A stretch of 64,000 bases of DNA from the NCBI GenBank assembly GCA_964016885.1, contig OZ024740.1:313286001-313350000 (forward strand), written 5' to 3'. The DNA is from Eledone cirrhosa (Eukaryota). A program made the position numbers and the translations under genes. Under the pieces are notes generated by a model. It worked only from the letters and a program-made list of their open reading frames with translations, made no database searches and was not told where the DNA came from. This document shows positions 1-12,235 of the stretch, piece after piece; position 1 is the first letter of the stretch, and every line of letters begins with the position of its first letter.

Positions 1-153
1 CGCCGAAGACGCTTCATCCTTGAGGACCCACCCTAATTTTGACAACCAAAAATTTGAAAAAAAAATAAACAACTTTCAGCCTCCAGGACACATAGTAGAT
101 ATATTAGACTTATTTTAGGAAAAAAGTGGCGTCTTCAATGCTGGGAAATATAG
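1..153. mobile_element. Right part of a pogo/Tc2-type MITE (degenerate, cut by window edge)
   Basis: 113-153 'aaaaagtggcgtcttcaatgctgggaaatatagta' resembles the reverse complement of Tc2/pogo TIRs (taccgtattttccggcgtataagacgcac); 'gaagacgc' at 5-12 is the complementary motif. Confidence 0.35.
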
Positions 154-1429
154 TATATAGATATACATACACTCCCCTCCCCCCCAACCACATATATAGC
201 TGCTTTATATATCTATCTACTGGTCCTGAATTCTGGAAGGAGTCGTAGGGGCACCATTGTAGTAGGTATTTAAAGGTGGCTGAGCCCATCCTTCTCCAGG
301 TCACGTTTTATATATAATATATATATTTGCATGTACTTGTATGTGTGTGTGCATGTGCGTGTGCGTGTGCGTGTGTGTGCATGTGTAGATATATAATTAT
401 GTACCTAAGATAGAAATATGAATATAGATTGAATTGAAATTATACTAAAACACACCCAAAATACACACACACAGAGAAAGAGAGAGAGATAAAGCAGATC
501 TAGTGACTATATGTGTGCGTGTGCGTGTGCACAAACATATACAGAGAATTAAATGATATACTGTACATGCAAACAGACACACGCTAATTTATACTCTTAT
601 ATGAAAAGATTCAGGACCCCGACAGCTGAGCTCTGGCTGTTTCAACAGCTAGATTCAAACTCTTATATACATATACAAGTTTATATAACTGTAAATATGT
701 GTAGGGCTTCTGTCTGTTTGCTTCTCTTTCTCTGACACACACAGACGTATACATACACACATTCCCTCACATATGCAAGTATACACACACTCAGTCATAC
801 AGATATGCACACTCACATGCACACACACACACACTCTCTCTTTCATACACATACATGCATTCTCACACACACACACACACATATGCACTCTCTTTCACAC
901 ACACATACATGCACTCTCCCTTTCTTCCATAGACGAACTCTCTCTTTCACACACATATACATGCAGTCTCTCTTTCAAACACACGCACACACATGAACTC
1001 TCTCTTTCTCTCTCTTTGATCTGTCCTGCTGTAATACACACTTTTATAAGCCCAATACCTGTTAGATTCACCAGTAATTGCTACTTTGTACCATTCACAC
1101 ATTTCTTCTGCTATTTTGCAATGTTTTATCTGACCTTTTTCATTTGTGAAGCAGACATGAAATTGTTATCAAAAGTTTTTATGTAGTTTGTGACATTAAA
1201 CAATGTCAGACAGGGTGTGGGGTGGGTTAAATGAACAAAGAAGAACTGGGGTATAGGGATAAATTAAAGATAAATGTGAATATCTCTTAACCATAGTTAC
1301 AGACATGACTGAGTGGTTAAGGAGTAGGTTTCACAGCCAGTTGGCTCTGGGTTCAGTCCTGCAGTGCAGTACCTTGGGCTAGTGTCGTCTACTATAGCTT
1401 TGAGTTGACCAATATTTTGTGAGGGGAAC

Positions 1430-1949
1430 TCAGAGAAATGTTGTTTGCAGATGATGCAACATTGGCAGTGCACTCTGAGGAGCAAGTGCAGCACCTCAAG
1501 GAATAACTCTTGAGGGCCTCCCAGGAATTCAGCCAGACCATTAGTTTGAAGAAAACCAATGTACTTGGCCAAAGCATCAAAGACCTACTGTATGGAGAAC
1601 TGGCCACCAGCACAAGAGCACAAGGATAACCTCACATTCGTTTCAAAGACATCTGCAAGTCAATAGATCTGGACGTCCAGAGTTGGGAAGATGTCGCTAA
1701 TGATCACCCACACTGGAGATGAGTACTATGAAAGGGGAATAGAAACTGAAACTTACCACTGATGAAAAGCAAGCTTGAAGAAAGGACAACACAGTAGCAC
1801 TGGAGAAGAGCATCTTCAAATGCAGTTGCTGCATACAAGACTGCCATTCCTGTCTGGGTCTGTAGTCACAGCAGATGCTGCACCACCATCAGTAGTTGAC
1901 ACAAAATTCTCCAGGCACACATTCATAGTTTTTCGAAACCCATGGATGC

Positions 1950-1958
<9 letters not shown>
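1430..1958 (+). mobile_element. RTE-BovB-like LINE remnant (internally deleted, many stops)
   Basis: Conceptual translation gives REMLFADDA (RT motif), KDLLYGELA...PHIRFKDICK and a C-terminal Cys/His region; followed by (TA)n. Confidence 0.75.

Positions 1959-2030
<72 letters not shown>
1958..2030. repeat. (TA)n + (TG)n microsatellite
   Basis: Directly visible. Confidence 0.98.
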
Positions 2031-2036
<6 letters not shown>

Positions 2037-3799
2037 CATTTGTGTCTGTGTTTATGTCCTACAACTTAGCAGTTTGACAAAAACAGGCAGATAAAATAAG
2101 TGTCAGATTTGAAAAAATAAGTACTGGGGTACTTATTTTTTAGAGTAAATCAAGGTGGTGCCACAGCATGTCCAGTCTCATTGAAATAAGTAAAAGAATA
2201 AATGATCCATTTTGCTGTCAACCTGCCAAAACACCTAGTACTATGAAACAAAACTATCCACTTTAAAATGTTCATATTCAAAATAAATCTGTCCATCATA
2301 ATTTTATGTAAGAATATTCTGTTATGTTCTAAACAATTTAACCTGTTGACTGCCACATATTTTATACAGCTACAGTTGCTGTGCCAGGTTTTTTTTCAGG
2401 AAAATGACTATTTTTTTTAAAACAAACATTTATTAACAACACATATCTGAATGATTGACAACAGTCACATCAATACACTAGTAACCTCATCTAGCTTTGA
2501 AGTTATGAACTGTTGGAAATAAGTTCAAACATGTTAGGACGAGTTATCTCATCCGTGGCACTGGAATGCATACATGTTAAGACGAGTGATCTCGTGTATG
2601 GCACTGAAGAGGATAATAATGACAAAGTTAGCAGGCTTACTGGATTGTTTTTAGAATTAATTACGAAAACATAGGTAGTGTATTCTATAAGAAATATAAT
2701 AGCAAGAGAGGGTTTATATCTGGTACAACATTAAAACAAATATTATCTCAGGTTTTTATCTACCCATGTGCAGAAAAAGTCATGTTGGACGTCCTCAGAT
2801 TCAATGTGCAAAGATCAGTACCTTACTAAAAAAAGAAAAATAAGGGTTGGCATCAGAAAAGATGTCCAGCCATAGAAAAATGGATGTACTAATGATGATG
2901 ATAATGGTGATACGTACAGTATATATATTTGTATATACGTTATAGCAAAGGATAAGTTGTGTTTATAATATTTTGGGTTCAGCACATGTCCGTTATATTG
3001 CTTATTGTTGTGTTTAAATAAAGAAAAAGCATCTAGCTAAATAATCCCAGTCATCACTAGTACAGTCTCAAAAATTCCTGAAACCATAGATATCATAGCA
3101 ATGTGTTATTAATAAACAAATTAAGCAGTGCTTTTAAATCCCCATTACTTATTGACTGAAAATATATCCAATATCTTATGGGCACTAGGATTACAGTTGG
3201 TCAATAGAAAACTACTCATATAGTTCACACATATGAAAATCATTTTTGTTGTTTACAATGCTGATATTTATAGTGAGTGAATATTGACATGACCAACCAA
3301 CATCACATACTCAATCATTTGATTTTCTCTCTATCTCTCTCTCACTCAGTGTGTGTTTGTGAGTGTGTTATTATTGCTGCGAATTTCAAGCACAGAGCAA
3401 GGTTTGGTAGAAATGTTGCATACAGTTTTTGCGTCTAATTTTTTTAGTAAGAAAACTATGACTCATCTACGAGTATATAAAGTATATTTTACTGATTTAT
3501 TGATCCTGGGAGTTGAAAATAGTTTGTGTTTTCTATGTATGTATTGAAGTAAGTTTTTTTGCTGTCTTTTTTTTCCATAAACATTACTATTTTCATGAAT
3601 GTGACAGCTTGTGTTTACATAAAATTAACACACTTCAACACAACAATTATTTCTACAGTGGCTGATAGTTGAAAAGATATTAAAATTTTCAGGAAAAATC
3701 CTTCAGAACACAGATGATTCACTCCATAAATCATTATAGTATAAAAACAGTGAAATCATAGAAACAGTTTGGTACTAGACATTGTTTTTTTATCAATTA

Positions 3800-3995
3800 C
3801 ACACGAGTCTCAAATAATTGACCCTACTACTTATTCATTTTTCAGATACCCCCTGCTCATATTCTTCACTTATTAAATTTTGCTAATCTATCTCCGGTAA
3901 AATTTTATTTAAAAAAATTATTAATAGAATAAATATATTTATTGAATACACATTTTGCCTTATGTAAGAATAATATAGCAGTTTTTAATGAAACT
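3800..3995 (+). mobile_element. Partial copy of the MITE family seen at 18266-18611
   Basis: 'cttattaaattttgctaatctatctccggtaaaattttattt' nearly matches 18305-18347, and 'gagtctcaaataa' matches the TIR. Confidence 0.55.
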
Positions 3996-4054
3996 ATTTA
4001 TAATGAACCTCGAATGGTATGGCCAGTTAATAGTAGACTGTTTATCAAATATTT

Positions 4055-4215
4055 AGAGGTGGAAAGACAAGGACCACCTCCCTACTCACCACCATTGGCA
4101 CGGAGTTGGCTACCCACAGGTGTGAAACTCACAAGCTGGAATGGCTATTCCAATGCATCTCCCTCACCATCCTCTGGGGAAACGCCTTCTCTACTCTGTC
4201 TGCCGGGGCCGCAAG
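4055..4215 (+). mobile_element. CRE-clade non-LTR retrotransposon 3' remnant (C-terminus of the restriction-like endonuclease region)
   Basis: Frame reads TTIGTELATHRCETHKLEWLFQCISLTILWGNAFSTLSAG, matching the CRE C-terminal pattern 'xxWLFQRISLAIxRGNAxSI'. Confidence 0.7.
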
Positions 4216-4971
4216 GTGTCCAGCGTGTGTGCCCCCATTCACTTATAATAGAGAATGGGAGAGTGAGAGAGAGACAGAGGCAGTGACAATGGGAATTTGA
4301 TCATATTATATATATATGTATATATTTATTTACCACACCACATATACATACACCCACAATCCTTTTTAGGGTCTCTGAGACGTGTGTGCGAGTGTGGTGG
4401 GTTATTACCGGCTATTACCTGAATGAAGAGATGGTTTGAATATTTACAAGAGAGTGAACTCTGATAAGTGGTAGTGTTTAGCCTGACATCTCTTTATATA
4501 TTATGAGTTCAAACCCAAGTAAAACCAACTTTGCCATCAATCTTTGAAGGGTCAATGCGATAAATATTAGTCAAATCTAAGTTAATTCAATTGACTTACC
4601 CCCCCCCCCCCAATAATATGTATCATCTTGCACTGAAGATAGAATTCATAATATACTTCTACTACTTTTACAACTACTACTACCACCACCACCACCACCA
4701 CCACCACTATTCCATCTTATGGTGATCTCTCTACTACTGTTAGTAGTGTCCCACAGAGTATTGTTCATACATTTGAAATGTGGTACAGCTGCTACACAAA
4801 AATATATAGAGAGAACATATCACTATATAAAGAGGCCATCTGACTGATTTACAAACCTAAGGTTTCCATATTGGCCTAAAAGCATCAGATTATCTTTTTA
4901 GGATTGCATATTACTAATTCTTAAATTGGGTTATTTGCTACTTCAAAATTTTGATCTTTAGAAGAACTCTA

Positions 4972-5186
4972 TTAACACTTTAGCATTTAAATCGGCCATA
5001 TCCAGCCAGAATTTTGTCACCTCTTTCTGTTCAAACTGGCTGTAACTGGCCGCTCATACCTACATTAAGGTATTGTCTCAAAATAAATATCATCAAAATC
5101 TCGTAGATTCAATATTATATGAGATAAAGCCTTTACTGTGAAAATAGAATAGTAAATATAGAATAATGTAAATGGTAATGGGTTAA
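4972..5186 (+). mobile_element. piggyBac-type MITE (TTAA-flanked)
   Basis: TTAA-cactttagcattt ... aaatggtaatggg-TTAA; homologous copies at 45165-45380 (-) and 52042-52269 (+). Confidence 0.75.
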
Positions 5187-6054
5187 ATCATGAAATAAGT
5201 CAATTAGAACCAGCTTACAAGCAATCCTTACATATAAAAGTTATAATTTTGGATTACATTCTAATATAATCCACTACTTTTTGAACATTTTGTGCTAGAT
5301 TTTAAGAAGTTGATCTGGCAAAGTTGGTCAAATCTTCACTCACCCATACAACTCTTGTCCGTCTCTTCTACAATTATAACAATTCGTGACCCATCATATT
5401 CAAGCAAACTTGATACACCTGTCTCTTATCTTCCTCTTGTCTTACTAACCAATTACCCCCATCCTGCCACCAAACACCTTCAAGATTTTCTCTGTAGACA
5501 ATTGGTAGAAGTTCAAGCTGAGAAAATCAACCAAATTATCAAACTGGGATGACTTGCAAAAATTCTAGACTCCACTTCTCCTCCTTGGATTAGGGAGTCA
5601 TTGCATTATTTGAGCAGGGTAATGGAGTGGCAGAATCAGTAGAGGGTTGAATAACATGCTTTGTGGCATAGGGTTACAATCCTTTATGTTCTAAATGACA
5701 AAAGCTTTTAAGATGTTTAGCGAATAGCGTTGTTCCGCTTTTGACAAATGTCTTAAGATCCACAGACTATCTTGTTTTAACACTGCACTGTGTCCAAGGG
5801 ATGAAGCATTCAAACATCAACATAGATTTGTTTTGTAGATAATAGGCATAGAGAGCAGTATCAGTTGAATGAAAGTTTAGTAGAGCTTGAAGTGAAATTT
5901 TATATATAGTCAACCACTTGAATTTTGGTGCAAATTGTATTTTAAAAGTGAGTCAGCTAAAATAGTGACATTTTGAATGAACTGTGAATAGTAATTACTA
6001 CACTACTGTAGCCACCTTATTCCTCGGCAAATATTTGATTAAGGGGGTTTTATC

Positions 6055-6370
6055 ATCATCATCATTGTTTAACTTTCATTTTCCACGTTAGCATGGGTAA
6101 GATGGGCTGTCCCTTTGGGAGAGATCAGATCGGAGAACCGTGTTTCACTCACGAAGGGTTGATTTTGGTTAAGTTTCTACAGCTGGATGCCCTTCCTAAT
6201 ACCAACCACATTTACAGTGTGTGCTGGGTGCTTTTTGTCGTGACACCTACACGACCACTTTACAGCATGGACTGGGCACTTTTTGTCATGTCGGTGACAC
6301 AACTTTAGAGTGTGGGCTGGGCACTTTTTGTTATGACTTCTACACAACTACTTTAGTGTGGACTGGGCGC
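6055..6370 (-). mobile_element. RTE 3' UTR fragment with (GAT)n tail
   Basis: 'ctacagctggatgcccttcctaataccaacc' plus ~41-bp 'accactttacagtgtgg' subrepeats, the same as the 3' UTR of the RTE at 47980-49705. Confidence 0.8.
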
Positions 6371-6939
6371 TGAAAACTCAATGAAATTGTAAAGTAAAGC
6401 AAAGAAACTGTAGGCAACTGTTAAAAAGAAGCAACAAGGTCTTTTCAGATAAGATTGAAAAAGTGAGTGTTTGTGTTTGTGTGTATAAATGTATACATAT
6501 ATGTGTTTGTATGTGTAGGTGAGTCTGTATGTCTGTTCTAATATTTTCATCATTGAGAACCAGGTTTCTCAGTAATCACTTCTGTAGAATTGACATAACA
6601 TGGTCTCACCATATTGATTAACCCAGATATAAGCTGTAAAGTTTAGGAAATGATACATGGAAATTGTATCAAGAGATACACATTCTTGGCAATCTCAAAA
6701 ACATCCAGAATCCGTATTGATTATTTCCAGTGAAAAATATAACTATAAAACAAAAATATAAAACCCCAAAAATAAAAGAGGTACCACTGAATAAGATGAA
6801 CAGTCTTGAATCACTAAATTTATTGATTTCTACTGATATCATCATTTTTCTAATGATGATAGTATTACTGTAGAGGGGAAACACAGAAGATATATCATCA
6901 TCATCATCATTTACATCATTATCATCATCATTTAACATC

Positions 6940-7400
6940 CATGAGAAGTGTGATGTTGGATGGTTGTGAGGTATAGGTCGTAAATCTGGATGATATACAG
7001 AAACAGGAAAGAAATGAAGTGAGCATGATCTGTTGGATGTGCAATGTTGGTGTGCATGAACAACTGGTAGTGGATGAACTGAGAGAAAAGTTTGATATAG
7101 AAATAATCAGATGTGGCTTGCAAGAGAAAATATTGTGATGGTTTGGACATGTGATGTGTATAGATGAGAAACACTGGGAGAATAAGTGTCAAGAGATGCC
7201 AGTGGAAGTAAACTACAGTAGAGGGAGACTGAGAAAAACCTGAGCAGAGGTGGTTAGAGCTGGTCTCAAGATGTTGAACCTCATAGAGAATATGATGAAG
7301 GAACACAGTGTATGGATGTAGGCTATGCTGAAAGGGACCTGTCCAACCCCCTGAAATCATGGAAGAGTGGATGTAAAATGATGATCATAATGATGATGTC
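6940..7400 (+). mobile_element. RTE LINE 3' fragment (degenerate)
   Basis: Translation RNEVSMICWMCNV...ELREK...WFGHVM; ends in an (ATG)n-like tail. Confidence 0.75.
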
Positions 7401-7421
7401 TTTGTACGTCTATGTGTATAT

Positions 7422-7952
7422 AAGTATAGGAGTAGACAGACCCAGAAAAACCTGGGACGACCTGATAAACTCCGACCTCACACACTTACACCTCTCCAAG
7501 ACAATGTCACTGGACCGAGATCTTTGGCGGCACTCAGTAATAGAGAAGACCCGCCTTACCTAAATACAAAGTAAAACCTACTACAGTCAGTAGGCATCTC
7601 TAACAAAACACACCCCCGTCCCACCGCCCCCACCCCATCCACACTGCCCCTTTCAATGTAAAGTTATGTTGGTGCCACAACATCCAGGCCGAAACAAATG
7701 AGGTCGTGTAGGTGTCACGACAAAAAAACACACTCCACGCTGTAATGTGGCCGTGTAGGCAACATGGTAAAAACCTCCCAGTCCCACACTGTAAATGTGG
7801 TTGGTGTTAGGAAGGGCATCCAACTGTAGAAAACCCGCCAGACAGTCTTATGCGAGCAAGACAACCACTCTTGCCTCAAGTGGGAAAACTCCCGTCGAAA
7901 CCCATGCAAGCGTGGAACATGGACGTTAAACGATGATGATGATGATGATGAT
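7422..7952 (+). mobile_element. RTE 3' end (ORF C-terminus + 3' UTR + (GAT)n tail)
   Basis: GVDRPRKTWDDLINSDLTHLHLSKTMSLDRDLWRH followed by the UTR with 'gttggtgttaggaagggcatcca' and a gatgatgat tail. Confidence 0.9.
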
Positions 7953-8405
7953 ATGTATGTATATGCATGTATAAGTATGTATATGCATGTATATGTGTGT
8001 ATAAGTATGCATATATGTATGTATATGTTTGTAAAGCATGTCTATGTGTGTGTGTATATATATATATATAACAAAGGAAATGTGGTAAGGAACCAGGTGG
8101 ACCATAACGCACGAAAGTACTCAATACTTAGGGTAGTAGAGTGGGTAATATATATATATATAAAGGTTATCATATACATAAAATTAAATTAAAGATATAT
8201 ATATGTTGCAACTGTTCACTTTTAAGCTCAATGAAGAATTAATAAATTAAAATAAAAAAATCAGAGCATTATATCATAAATCATGTCTATTGATTTTGTA
8301 TATGGTTAATTATGCTGATTAGAAGAAGAAATAGTATATATTTTAATATCTGATTGATTCTATAGACATGATTTATGATATATATATATATATATATATA
8401 TATCC

Positions 8406-8407
<2 letters not shown>

Positions 8408-8436
<29 letters not shown>

Positions 8437-8985
8437 GTCGTTGCCGCCACCGCCATCATCATCATCATTGTTTAACGTCCATCTTCCATGCAGGCATGGG
8501 TTTGGACGGGAGTTTTCCCACTTGGGACAAGATTGGTTATCCTGCTCGTATAGGACTGTCTGGCGGGTTTTCTACGGCTGGATGCCCGTCCTAACACCAA
8601 CCACATTTACAGTGTGGAACTGGGAGGTTTTACCGTGTTACCTACATGGCCACATTACAGCGTGGACTGTGTGTTTTTTTGTTGTGACACCTACACGACC
8701 TCATTTGTTTCGGACTGGATGTTGTGGTACCAACATAACTTCACATTTAAGGGGGTGGTGTGGATGGGGGGAGGGGGGGGGGGGGGGGGGGGGGGGTATT
8801 TTGTTAGAGGGGCCTACTGACTGTAGGTTTTGCTTTGTACTTAGGCAAGGCGGGTCTTCTGTATAACTGTGTAGCGCCAAAGATCTCGGTCCAGTGACAT
8901 TGTCTTGGAGAGGTGTGTGAGGTCAGAATTTATCAAGTCGTCCCAGGTTTTTCTGGGTCTGCCTACTCCGTTGCTACCACCTATT
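8408..8985 (-). mobile_element. RTE 3' end, inverted relative to 7422-7952
   Basis: GVGRPRKTWDDLINSDLTHLSKTMSLDRDLWRY on the minus strand, the same UTR, and a (CAT)n tail on the plus strand. Confidence 0.9.
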
Positions 8986-9345
8986 TTTATCGCCCTCCAC
9001 ATTTTATACAGTTGTCTTTCATGCGCATCACGTGACCGTACCAACGTAGTCTTCTCTCGAGTAAACAACATCTGATCCCTCTTATTCCTAATTTCTCCCT
9101 TAGTTATATATATATATAACAAGATTCAATGAGTACATCAAAGAATGAGTTTTATAGTAGATTGGAAGCACTCTACAGTAAAATAATTTTCCAGAGTTAT
9201 TAATATTATTAATATTAAAATACAAATATTAATAAAATAGATGTTCTTTTGATCAATTAAATTTTATTATACATAAACGTAGTACTACCTTGATTAAATC
9301 TTAACCATTTAACATCTCAGAGTATGTCATGTATCATTATATTTT

Positions 9346-9530
9346 GGTGGATTGGCAGTATCAGTAGAGGGTCGGACGTCATGCTTTCCAGCATAGTTAC
9401 GTCCCTTTACGATCTGAGTTCAAATCCCGCCGAGGTTGACTTTGCCTTTCATCCTTACGGGGTCGATAAAATAAAGTACCAGTAATGCACTGGGTAATTG
9501 CTGGCCTTGTGCCTAAAGTAGAAACAATTA
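9346..9530 (+). mobile_element. tRNA-derived SINE, family 1 (Nin/Deu-like central domain)
   Basis: A box 'tggcagtatcagtaga', B box 'gagttcaaatcc', body 'ctttgcctttcatccttacggggtcgataaaataaagtaccag', 3' end 'ggccttgtgcctaaagtagaaacaatta'. Confidence 0.9.
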
Positions 9531-9531
9531 T

Positions 9532-9584
9532 ATTTTGTCTGATGAGGATGTACTGTTGTACCTCTGAAATATGTATAATAAAAT
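9532..9584 (+). ncRNA. Putative minimal type-I hammerhead ribozyme
   Basis: ATTTTGT-CTGATGA-[GGATGTAC tgtt GTACCTCT]-GAAA-TATGTA-TA-ATAAAAT: both conserved core boxes, a stem II, a minimal stem III and a 7-bp stem I (one G-U). Confidence 0.55.
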
Positions 9585-9626
9585 TTAATTGATCAAAAGA
9601 ACATCTATTTTATTAATATTTGTATA

Positions 9627-9629
<3 letters not shown>

Positions 9630-9687
<58 letters not shown>

Positions 9688-10180
9688 ATGCATGTCTATG
9701 TATGTCTATATATATATATATGCATGTGTATGTATGTGTATGGATGTTTGTGTATGTGTGTGTATGTTTGTGTATGTGTGTGTATGTTTGTGTATGTGTG
9801 TGTATGTTTGTGTATGTGTGTGTATGTTTGTGTATGTGTGTGTATGTATGTTTGTGTATGTGTGTGTATGTATGTTTGTGTATGTGTGTGTATGTTTGTG
9901 TATGTGTGTGTATGTTTGTGTATGTGTGTGTATGTTTGTGTATGTGTGTGTATGTGTGTGTATGTATGTGTATGTATGTGTATGTATGTGAATGTATGTA
10001 TACGTATGTATATGTATGTGTATGTATGTATACGTATGTATATGTATGTATATGTTTGTAAAGTATGTCTATGTATGCATATGTGTGTATAAGTGTTTAT
10101 AAAAGTGTGTATATGTGTGTATAAGTATGTATGTGTAGATATATATATGTATGTATATGTCTATATATGTATATGTATGT
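9630..10180. repeat. (TA)n then (TG/TATG)-rich compound micro/minisatellite
   Basis: Directly visible; includes a 20-bp unit tgtatgtttgtgtatgtgtg. Confidence 0.95.
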
Positions 10181-10331
10181 AAGTTTAGTTAACACTGTAG
10201 TATTATACCAGTTCTGTTTTCCAGGCTAAATATATTCTGAGGAACCATTTCCAATGTGACTATAATTACATGGTACTGTAATACCAATAGTTGTCATGGC
10301 ATTAATGTACAGTGATTTATTCCAAACAACT

Positions 10332-10752
10332 TTACTACCACCATTACCACCACCATCATCACAACTACTACCACCACCACCACACCACCATCACCACTAC
10401 TACTACCACTACAACCACTAATACATCACCATCACCATTACCATGACCACTACAACCACTACCACCATGACCACTACAACCACTACCACCATGACCACTA
10501 CACCACCATTAAAACACCACCATGACTACTCATCCACTATCACCACAGCTACCCCACCACCATTATCATCATCGTCACTATCACCATTACCAACATCGCT
10601 TCCACCACTACCATCACCACTACTATTCTACCATCACTACTACCACCACCACTACTACCACCACCACCACCACCACCACCACCACCCTACCACCACCACC
10701 ACCATCACCACGACTACCCCTACCTCCATACCACCACTACCACCACCACCAT
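10332..10752. repeat. (CAC/TAC)n low-complexity tract
   Basis: Directly visible; source of spurious Thr/His/Pro ORFs. Confidence 0.95.
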
Positions 10753-11224
10753 TATAGGCAGTGTCTTTCTAACAGACAAATGGCCTTCAATTGAATCACT
10801 AAAATACCACTTGCTACATTAGACACACACTAGATCACTATTACAATACGGTTGTAAAGTGATTGACATCAACCTTTAGTCGATAGAAATATAAAACACA
10901 CTGAAACAAGCATTCTTTAATATAAACACACACAGAGAATACACACACATTCTCTCACATACACACACACAAAAACTCTCTCCAATCTCAGAATCTGCAA
11001 CTCCCCCTTATAAAAAAAAACCAAATTTCCCAACAGGCCATAATCAGTCTGGGTCCTTTTGACATCTGCTGTAACACCCTGTATAAAAATCTGGTTGAAT
11101 GTAACATGTTCAAGCCACTGCGCTGAATTCTAACAAACAACACTGAACTGAGCAAAGGTTTTATAATTGGGAACCTTTCAGATGAACTTGTGTACATAGT
11201 TAAGTAATCATCTCTGTTCTTCTT

Positions 11225-11490
11225 TGCCCACTTATTCCTGAGAGTATTGTGGCGGCAAAGTCCTCAAACATTCCCTCCAGCGAGTCCTGTCAGAAGCAAC
11301 TGTTTCCAACTGACCTGGCTGGATGCCCAAGCAAGACCAGCCAAACTCATGGATATTATCCAACCTTTTGTTCGGGGTCTACCCCTAGGTCTCCTGCCAG
11401 TTGGTTTTGCCCGTAAAATCTGTCCAGCGATTCTTTCCCGAGATATTCTAACCACATACTCATAGTATTGGAACTATGATCTCTCAATTA
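11225..11490 (-). mobile_element. RTE-type LINE 3' fragment
   Basis: MVRISRERIAGQILRAKPTGRRPRGRPRTK: the typical 'G.RPRGRP' C-terminal motif. Confidence 0.75.
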
Positions 11491-12235
11491 AGTAATGAAG
11501 AGAAAGACATCTTAAAGGATAGAGGAACACATGAGAGTCAATGGCCATCCAATAATATACATAAACAGTATGTTTGTGTATATATATTTGTACATGTGAT
11601 ATGTGTATTTAGATGTTTATATAAATACATATGAAAGAAAGAGAAGAATACTCTTACTTGAAATATGCAGTGCACATGTTCTCTGGAAATCTTATTTTGT
11701 TTTTGCTTGGTGTTAGCTTAATGGTTTCAAACATTTATAGAATGGCTCTTATGTTGCACAACCTTTTGTCACTATAAAATCAAATGTGTAAGCACGTTTT
11801 TTGCATCTAAGTATTTTTCTCTTTTTACTCTTTACTTAACCCAACACAAGTCAGGATGTGAACTGCTTGAAGTCACATATAGACAGTGAACTATTTGATG
11901 CAGCAATAGTAGTATTAAGGTGATACAGAAGCAAGGGAGAGAACTATCATAGCCTGTGTTAATCTACAACGCTTGGAACAATTTAAGACAATGCAGTGGG
12001 TGTAGACTTTGTCTATAAACGAACTTGGTGAAAGTAATGAACCTGGTTTGATCTTATTAAATATCCTTAATGAAGTATATTTATTAAGCAAGTTGGCTAG
12101 ACTAGGATTGGTATATATAGATATATAAAAGGGTACTTGATTGAATATTACTCTCAGTACATTCTGTGGTAGTGCTGGTGTTGCAGTAAAATGCACCTGC
12201 ATGGTTAGGATTAAGAACATCCAGCCATAGAAACC

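Noticed and set aside
5292-5620. ORF segment HLQDFLCRQLVEVQAEKINQI resembles ferritin helix D
   Set aside because: Another frame reads NWDDLQKF, typical of a LINE endonuclease linker, and a LINE-like EYCSYI fragment lies at ~4750; a decayed LINE is the simpler explanation.
6610-6633. 24-nt minus-strand microexon (tttacag|...|gtgaga)
   Set aside because: Such short signals arise by chance and no partner exons were identified.
8766-8797. Poly-G run as a functional G-quadruplex
   Set aside because: A homopolymer expansion within an RTE UTR; length is unreliable and there is no evidence of function.
9346-9440. SINE heads as genuine tRNA genes
   Set aside because: A/B boxes are present but there is no intact cloverleaf, and they are attached to SINE bodies in many copies.
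11025-11130. Protein-like minus frame NSAQWLEHVTFNQIFIQGVTADVKRTQTDYGLLGNL
   Set aside because: No convincing donor site and no recognised homology.
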